Positions 1-4,279 of a stretch of DNA of 5,856 nt are shown one piece after another; within the stretch, counting starts at the first letter, position 1, and each line of letters starts with the position of its first letter. The notes beneath the pieces were generated by a model. That model was not told the origin of the DNA, did no database searches, and saw only the letters and a program-made list of their open reading frames with translations. Origin of the DNA: a virus. The stretch lies in IMG/VR virus record IMGVR_UViG_3300007766_000052; one strand, written 5' to 3'. Both the position numbers and the translations under genes were made by a program.

Positions 1-66
1 GTTCGATTGCATCACGCTCGGCCAGTGCGTGATTGAGGGGAATACGCAGTTCGGACCGGCGTTGAT
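1..66. repeat. Terminal direct repeat, left copy (identical to 5791-5856); circular-genome overlap
   Basis: Base-by-base comparison: gttcgattgcatcacgctcggccagtgcgtgattgaggggaatacgcagttcggaccggcgttgat occurs at both ends. The offset of 5,790 is divisible by 3, so the capsid reading frame is preserved across the junction. Confidence 0.95.
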
Positions 67-151
67 CGAAGCTCTGCCGGTCAGCGATTACGATGCCGTG
101 ATGGACAAGGTTGATCTGGAGCGCATCGACAAGCAGCCAGTGGCCCCATAA
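1..151 (+). CDS. 3' end of the major capsid protein gene (wrap-around continuation of 4280..5856); codons start at position 2, stop TAA at 149-151
   Basis: The frame starting at position 2 reads FDCITLGQCVIEGNTQFGPALIEALPVSDYDAVMDKVDLERIDKQPVAP*. This is the same frame and the same residues as the end of the ORF that is still open at 5856. Confidence 0.85.
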   Translation, partial: FDCITLGQCVIEGNTQFGPALIEALPVSDYDAVMDKVDLERIDKQPVAP

Positions 152-174
152 GGGCAGGGAACCCCACGGCAGTC

Positions 175-191
175 CTTTTGCGGAGCAAAAG
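175..191 (+). other. Stem-loop (7-bp stem, 3-nt loop) in the large intergenic region
   Basis: ccttttgc-gga-gcaaaag pairs c175-g191 through c181-g185. It is nested inside a 6-bp outer pairing, ggaacc 158-163 with ggttcc 206-211. No T-tract follows. Confidence 0.5.
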
Positions 192-221
192 CGCCTCTTG
201 AGGACGGTTCCTAAACCGATA

Positions 222-254
222 AGGGCGCTTAACCCGAATAGGGTGTAGCGCCCT
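222..254 (+). other. Bipartite stem-loop (8 bp + 4 bp) in the large intergenic region
   Basis: agggcgct 222-229 pairs with agcgccct 247-254. Inside it, accc 232-235 pairs with gggt 241-244 around a 5-nt loop (gaata). No T-tract follows. Confidence 0.55.
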
Positions 255-307
255 CTACGATAACTCCCGCCTCATAAGCAAAACAACGGTCAAGAAAGGC
301 CAATACC

Positions 308-865
308 ATGATTACATTGAATGACATTCATAGCTGGGAAAAGCTACCGGCTGGCGAAATTATGCCGTTTGATAACGATTATGCGCGTCCAGTGACGCTC
401 GATATCAACACGAGCAAAGAGGTCGCGCTTTTCATCATGCTCGCCGGTGAAGGCGATCTACGTTTGCTGGCTCTGGTCAAGGGCCGGGAAACGTTGAAAC
501 TCGTCGTTCCCGGCGCATATGCGATTACGCACAATGATCCCGAGGCGTACGTATATTTCTATACTCGTGACGGGTCGGTGCAGCACCGCGAGGCGCTGGA
601 CGAAGAAAGTTACACGACACATCATGAGTTCGTGGAGCGCGATCCCGCGCTTGTGGCCATCGAAGAAAAAATGATGCGCCGCTTCCGTCGTCGTGAAAAA
701 GAACTGGAGCAAACATATGCAAGGGTCAACGCAGCAAAGCCAGTCGATACAGTTCCAGTTGATACAAGCGGTAGCGAACCGGTGGCCGACGAAGGAGCCG
801 TTGAGCCTGTCGCACCCGTGTCCGACGACGAGGGGGCTGTGGTACCGGATGACGGAACAAAGTGA
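308..865 (+). CDS. Hypothetical 185-aa protein: beta-rich N-terminal part, basic helix (RRFRRREKELEQ) and acidic Pro/Val-rich repeat tail; possibly a scaffolding or other structural accessory protein
   Basis: This is a complete ORF on the coding strand, first after the large intergenic region. A weak SD (aaagg) ends 8 nt before the ATG. Its stop overlaps the next gene's start region. I recognise no motif that assigns a function. Confidence 0.65.
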   Translation: MITLNDIHSWEKLPAGEIMPFDNDYARPVTLDINTSKEVALFIMLAGEGDLRLLALVKGRETLKLVVPGAYAITHNDPEAYVYFYTRDGSVQHREALDEESYTTHHEFVERDPALVAIEEKMMRRFRRREKELEQTYARVNAAKPVDTVPVDTSGSEPVADEGAVEPVAPVSDDEGAVVPDDGTK

Positions 866-1367
866 CGTTGATACGGGCGAGGTCAGCCGGGACAGTGTTC
901 CCGGCGACATGCAAGACGCTCTGAGAGCGTTACAGGATTGGCCCTTTTTGGGCCATCCACGCTATCAAGAGCAACAGTGGAGGGCGCATAGGGAAAACGC
1001 GCACCTCTTGATACTGGAGTTTGAGAAAGCCATGGTAAAGAGGTGTTCCGAGCTGGGGATACCCATGTTCGCGCAAACCGTTGTGCGCACTCGCAAGATG
1101 CAGGCGCACCTTTACCGCAACGGCCTCTCCAAAAGCGATGGTACAAAGGAGTACGCGCATCAGCATTGCGCAGCCGATATTGTTCATAGCAAATTTGCGT
1201 GGAACATTTCCAAGGACCAGTGGAAATTACTTGGCCATATTGGAAAAGAGGTTGCGCATTTGCGCGGTATCGCTATAGTGTGGGGTGGGGATTGGAAAGA
1301 CCCATATGACCCCGCGCATTGGGAATTGGCCCAATGGCGAGAACGCGCAAAGGAAGTGCTAACATGA
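849..1367 (+). CDS. LAS-superfamily zinc metallopeptidase, peptidase M15-like (D-Ala-D-Ala carboxypeptidase / L-Ala-D-Glu peptidase fold); putative endolysin or entry-associated cell-wall hydrolase
   Basis: Motifs read directly from the translation: RTRKMQAHLYRNG, YAHQHCAAD (an H-x3-5-D zinc-ligand block, nt 1158-1178), and VWGGDWKDPYDPAHWEL (WGGDW...D..H.E, last His at 1317-1319). These match the hallmark layout of M15 peptidases. I chose the start at ATG 849 because GAGGGGG (830-836) lies upstream and the overlap with the previous gene is 17 nt. ATG 909 is an alternative. The track's 693 start would overlap the upstream gene by about 170 nt and has no SD. Confidence 0.75.
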   Translation: MTEQSDVDTGEVSRDSVPGDMQDALRALQDWPFLGHPRYQEQQWRAHRENAHLLILEFEKAMVKRCSELGIPMFAQTVVRTRKMQAHLYRNGLSKSDGTKEYAHQHCAADIVHSKFAWNISKDQWKLLGHIGKEVAHLRGIAIVWGGDWKDPYDPAHWELAQWRERAKEVLT

Positions 1368-1552
1368 AAAAGCTGGACAATCGTCAACGCCTCGTCGTGA
1401 AAGGTGCAATTAATCAATTGCAGCTGGCGCTGATCGATGCTGACCCGACGCATGCGCTCGGGCAGGCGGCAGGTTATGTCAATACACTGCTGCAGATGGC
1501 GGCGGTGGACAAGCCGTCCGCCGATAAGCTTCCCGCCGCTCCCGGTAAATAA
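1364..1552 (+). CDS. Small 62-aa hypothetical protein, translationally coupled to the peptidase gene
   Basis: The ATG at 1364 overlaps the peptidase TGA (ATGA, 1364-1367). AAGGAAG (1350-1356) lies 7 nt upstream. The ORF ends 13 nt before a strong terminator. There is no clear transmembrane segment, lipobox or recognisable motif. Confidence 0.6.
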   Translation: MKKLDNRQRLVVKGAINQLQLALIDADPTHALGQAAGYVNTLLQMAAVDKPSADKLPAAPGK

Positions 1553-1564
1553 ACCGGGACGGCA

Positions 1565-1600
1565 GAAAAAAGCCCCTAGAGAAATCTAGGGGCTTTTTTC
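1565..1600 (+). terminator. Rho-independent terminator
   Basis: agcccctag (1571-1579) pairs perfectly with ctaggggct (1586-1594), giving a GC-rich 9-bp stem with a 6-nt loop. A T-run at 1594-1599 follows immediately and an A-run at 1565-1570 precedes the stem. Confidence 0.8.
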
Positions 1601-1614
1601 GGACCACGTCTTCC

Positions 1615-1645
1615 CTTGAGTAAGTATGCAGCTACTGACTAGAAA
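1615..1645 (+). promoter_or_regulatory. Candidate promoter for rep (-35-like CTTGAG, -10-like TAGAAA/CTAGAA)
   Basis: TTGAGT (1616-1621) and TAGAAA (1640-1645) are 18 nt apart. They sit between the terminator and the rep SD (GGAG 1651-1654). Both hexamers are only partial matches, so this is speculative. Confidence 0.2.
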
Positions 1646-1662
1646 CGAATGGAGTTCATTGA

Positions 1663-2697
1663 ATGTGCAGGAATCCTACCACACTCCCCGAGGGAACAAT
1701 CGTTGCTTGTCGTAGCTGCGATATATGCACCGACAATCTAACCAATGATTGGGTAGGGAGGTGCTTGGCTGAAAGCCGTACCGCCGTAGGAACGCATTCG
1801 GTGACGTTGACCTACGGGCGGGACAAGGACGGAATAGACCGCCATGAGCGGACGACCGTCCTCACATACTCGGACATTCAGATTTGGCTCAAGCGTTTGC
1901 GGAACCATGGGTTCCCAGCGCGGTATCTGATTGCGGGCGAGTATGGCAGTTTGAAGGGTCGTGCCCATTGGCATGCGATCATTTTCTGGCAAGAAAAAGT
2001 AATGCCCGTAAAAATGTACCAGCGATATTGGGATGATCTGTGGGGACATGGTCATCAAGTGTGGAAGCGTCCAGAACCGTCCCACGTGAAATATTGCTGC
2101 AAGTATATCCGTAAGGATCAAAAAGACACGAACGCGCAAAGCAAGTTCCAGTTTTCCAAGGTTCCGCCGATAGGCGCTCATTATTTCGTCAACAAAGCGC
2201 GAACGATGGTAGAGAACGGCCTAGTCCCGCAGGATAGGTTTTATACGTTCCCAGAGGCCCGCCGCAAGAAATCAAGGGAACTGATAAAGTTCTATCTCAA
2301 AGGCGCGACATGGGATTTATTCATGTCCGCCTATTGCGATGCTTGGGAAAAAAAGCATCCTTGGAAAGACTTCCCGCCATCTGAGATACTTCATGAATGG
2401 GCGGACAAACATTGGCACAATAGGCAAATGTTTGTTGCGAATCCGAAAACGTACAGGCCTGTTGATGAGGCGTTGGTACGTGAGGCGCAGAAGAAAGAAG
2501 AGTACAGGAAAGCCCACGAACTGTATCACTTCGGAAAAAATAGAGTTGGGTTCTTTAACGCAGACTGGACACCAGATGAGCAAAAAGAAATCGGGCCGTT
2601 CCTCGGAACGGAGTTCTACGATCCGCAAGACCAAGTCGCAGACCTGGTCGCGGCCACAGCCGGTACAAGGTCGCTCGCGTCAGAGTTATACGACTGA
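1663..2697 (+). CDS. Rolling-circle replication initiation protein (HUH endonuclease; Microviridae VP4 / gpA-like)
   Basis: The N-terminus is MCRNP with Cys pairs (CRSCDIC). RCR motif I is SVTLTYG. Motif II (HUH) is RAHWHAIIF (HWH at nt 1966-1974). Motif III is VKYCCKYIRK, with the tyrosine at nt 2092-2094. GGAG lies 8 nt before the ATG. The 344-aa length is typical of microvirus Rep proteins. Confidence 0.9.
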   Translation: MCRNPTTLPEGTIVACRSCDICTDNLTNDWVGRCLAESRTAVGTHSVTLTYGRDKDGIDRHERTTVLTYSDIQIWLKRLRNHGFPARYLIAGEYGSLKGRAHWHAIIFWQEKVMPVKMYQRYWDDLWGHGHQVWKRPEPSHVKYCCKYIRKDQKDTNAQSKFQFSKVPPIGAHYFVNKARTMVENGLVPQDRFYTFPEARRKKSRELIKFYLKGATWDLFMSAYCDAWEKKHPWKDFPPSEILHEWADKHWHNRQMFVANPKTYRPVDEALVREAQKKEEYRKAHELYHFGKNRVGFFNADWTPDEQKEIGPFLGTEFYDPQDQVADLVAATAGTRSLASELYD

Positions 2698-2713
2698 GCG
2701 AGTGCCGACAAAG

Positions 2714-3025
2714 ATGGAGAGTCTAGTTGACGCCATCTTTTCCGGCTCCCCCGTGAACATGGTCACGCGAGACGCGCTTGCGAAGCAAGCGTCTATCAAA
2801 GCGGGGCCAATACCTGCGCAACATGTTGCGAAAGCAACACAGCAGCCAGTAATAAAAAAGCCGCAGGCCAAAAACAGACCGGTACAAAAACTAACTGAGC
2901 CTGCACCGCAGTCGCTCTCGGCGCGCGAAGAGAAAAAAAAGGTATGTAAATCAAGGCCGGACAGGCTAGCGCCACGCCGTGCAGGCGGTGGCGCAAGTAA
3001 AGACTGGGTGCCATGGTGCAAATAG
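2714..3025 (+). CDS. Very basic 103-aa Lys/Arg/Pro/Gln-rich protein; possible DNA-binding/packaging protein (functional analogue of phiX174 J / gokushovirus VP8)
   Basis: This is the first ATG after the rep stop (16 nt downstream) in an open frame. I count about 20 K+R against 8 D+E. The sequence looks low-complexity. There is no obvious SD, and the same frame stays open upstream back to 2339, so the start is uncertain. Confidence 0.5.
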   Translation: MESLVDAIFSGSPVNMVTRDALAKQASIKAGPIPAQHVAKATQQPVIKKPQAKNRPVQKLTEPAPQSLSAREEKKKVCKSRPDRLAPRRAGGGASKDWVPWCK

Positions 3026-3047
3026 GCGCCCTCTTGTAAAAGGGCGC
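3026..3047 (+). other. Stem-loop immediately after the stop codon of the basic-protein gene
   Basis: gcgccct (3026-3032) pairs with agggcgc (3041-3047), a 7-bp stem with an 8-nt loop (cttgtaaa). No T-tract follows, so it is not a canonical terminator. Confidence 0.5.
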
Positions 3048-3086
3048 AAATCAGTGCAAGGAACTGGAACGAAAGGGGGTGATAAA

Positions 3087-3296
3087 ATGGATAAAATAGA
3101 GGTCATCGGTTCGATTGGGCGTGAGTTGCTCGCGCCTGTCGTTCGACGCGCCGGGCTATATATAGCCGGAGTGCTTGTGACCTATGGGGTGGCCGCAGAC
3201 CATGCGGACACTTTCGTAAATCTGTCCGGGGCGCTTTTGGCGGTCACGTTGCAGATTGGTGCAGTCCTGTATAAGAGGAGAAAGAGAAATGCATGA
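3087..3296 (+). CDS. 69-aa membrane protein with two predicted transmembrane segments and a basic C-terminal tail; holin/pinholin-like candidate
   Basis: A strong SD, AAGGGGGTGA, ends 7 nt before ATG 3087. The hydrophobic stretches are AGLYIAGVLVTYGVAA and FVNLSGALLAVTLQIGAVLY, followed by KRRKRNA. Size and topology resemble class II holins. The stop overlaps the pilot gene start (ATGCATGA). Confidence 0.6.
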   Translation: MDKIEVIGSIGRELLAPVVRRAGLYIAGVLVTYGVAADHADTFVNLSGALLAVTLQIGAVLYKRRKRNA

Positions 3297-4188
3297 TGTC
3301 ATTTTCGACGCTCTTCTAGCCAACGGTGCGCCGGAAATGCATCAAGCATTTCTTGGCGCATTGATTGGCGGGTTGCTCGGACGAAAGCAGGCCAAGAAAA
3401 ACGCGAAGTTGATGGAAGAGGCGGCTAAGGTGCCGGTCGTTTCCACCAACGTCGCGAACTTGGCAGAAATGAATAAAGCGGCGCTGGCGAATGGTTATAA
3501 TCCAATGACCATTTTGCAAGCCGGGGGATTGTCGGCGTTCTCTACGACGACAACCACGGGCCATAATGCAATGGCCGCCGCGCAAGCTCGCGGCGCTGTC
3601 CCCTCGGTGGGGAGCGTCATAGCGGGCGCTATAGGCGGAACGCTCGATAATTTGGCGGGGTCACTCTTTAAGAGTGCGCTGCCAAATTCGAAGAGTTATT
3701 TTCCGCCTGCGCCCTCTGCCGACTTTGGGATGGCAGGGGCGCTAGGATGGACAAGCGGGGGCGGAAAGCCAACCGCGAGTTTTAGCGCCGTTGCTGGCGT
3801 CCCATCCTTCAAATCGGCACGATTGGCTACTAACGCAGGTGCGCCAATGTTGCCGAACTTTGCGCCTGCTGACACGGTTAATCCGTGGGTGCAGTATGGC
3901 GTCGATCCGACGACAGGCGGCGCGGAGCCGTTCGCAAATCGCTATGGCGAGAGTGAACTGGTGGAAATGGTCGCGGGCGTTTATGCCGGATGGGATGATA
4001 TCTGGTATAACGTCACCGGGATGACGAGTCAGGAACGTTATAAGTCGATGGGGCAACCCATCGCGAAAAACGTGACAAACGCATTCGATAGCGTCAAAGC
4101 CGGGGTCCTTACAAGAGACCCGAAGAAAGACACACTGTCCTTCGGAAAGGCGGTCTTTGAATTCTTCGAACCATGGATGGGGCCGTGA
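3289..4188 (+). CDS. Putative DNA pilot / minor capsid protein (phiX174 H / gokushovirus VP2-like), 299 aa
   Basis: AAGAGGAG (3273-3280) lies 8 nt before ATG 3289. The N-terminus has a Gly-rich hydrophobic segment (AFLGALIGGLLG), and the rest is Ala/Gly/Ser/Thr/Pro-rich and low in complexity. It sits directly next to the capsid gene and is about 300 aa. The function is assigned from composition and context, not from a recognised catalytic motif. Confidence 0.6.
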   Translation: MHDVIFDALLANGAPEMHQAFLGALIGGLLGRKQAKKNAKLMEEAAKVPVVSTNVANLAEMNKAALANGYNPMTILQAGGLSAFSTTTTTGHNAMAAAQARGAVPSVGSVIAGAIGGTLDNLAGSLFKSALPNSKSYFPPAPSADFGMAGALGWTSGGGKPTASFSAVAGVPSFKSARLATNAGAPMLPNFAPADTVNPWVQYGVDPTTGGAEPFANRYGESELVEMVAGVYAGWDDIWYNVTGMTSQERYKSMGQPIAKNVTNAFDSVKAGVLTRDPKKDTLSFGKAVFEFFEPWMGP

Positions 4189-4207
4189 AAAAAAGGCCTT
4201 GTAAAAC

Positions 4208-4234
4208 TTGCCGACGCGCTAGACGGGTCGGCAA
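4208..4234 (+). other. Stem-loop in the pilot-capsid intergenic region
   Basis: ttgccgac (4208-4215) pairs with gtcggcaa (4227-4234), an 8-bp stem with an 11-nt loop. No T-tract follows. Confidence 0.5.
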
Positions 4235-4279
4235 AATCGCGATAAAAGAAAGTGTCACCATTTTGAAAGGTTTAAAAAA

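Noticed and set aside
1-66. Terminal repeat as a biological feature (LTR/ITR, att site, cos end)
   Set aside because: It is a direct repeat lying inside one continuous reading frame, and the frame is preserved across the junction. That is the signature of an assembler overlap on a circular molecule, not a functional terminus.
693-848. Upstream extension of the peptidase ORF to ATG 693 (224-aa version in the track)
   Set aside because: It would overlap the 185-aa gene by about 170 nt. The extra 52 residues look like an out-of-frame read of that gene, and there is no SD at 693. ATG 849 has GAGGGGG upstream, and all M15 motifs lie downstream of it.
963-1013. 9-bp inverted repeat (tatcaagag / ctcttgata) whose 3' arm contains CTTGATA, the core of the phiX174 gene A nick site
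   Set aside because: A 7-mer match and a 9-bp inverted repeat within 50 nt are each expected by chance about once in a genome this size. The site is inside the peptidase gene, not rep or an intergenic region. I note it only as something to include if Rep nicking assays are done.
1081-1278. Short + strand ORFs in alternative frames of the peptidase, pilot and capsid genes (1081-1278, 3791-4024, 4632-4859)
   Set aside because: They are 65-77 aa, Cys/Arg-rich and without SD, and each is nested inside a gene with strong motif or context support. Nothing distinguishes them from chance ORFs.
1319-1363. Longer start (1319) for the small ORF
   Set aside because: ATG 1364 has a proper SD (AAGGAAG) and forms the ATGA overlap with the peptidase stop. 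The 1319 start has neither.
2933-2940. Homopolymer A runs (A8 at 2933-2940, A8 at 4188-4194 region, A7 at 4274-4280) as programmed slippage sites
   Set aside because: No alternative-frame ORF of meaningful length opens downstream of any of them. Two of the three are intergenic or sit at the capsid start, and one simply encodes KKK.
2979-3086. Longer start (2979) for the two-TMD protein ORF
   Set aside because: It would overlap the basic-protein gene and read through the 3026-3047 hairpin. ATG 3087 has a near-ideal SD (AAGGGGGTGA) at the correct spacing.
3256-3288. Longer start (3256) for the pilot-like ORF
   Set aside because: ATG 3289 follows AAGAGGAG at 8 nt. The 3256 start has no SD and lies deeper inside the preceding gene.
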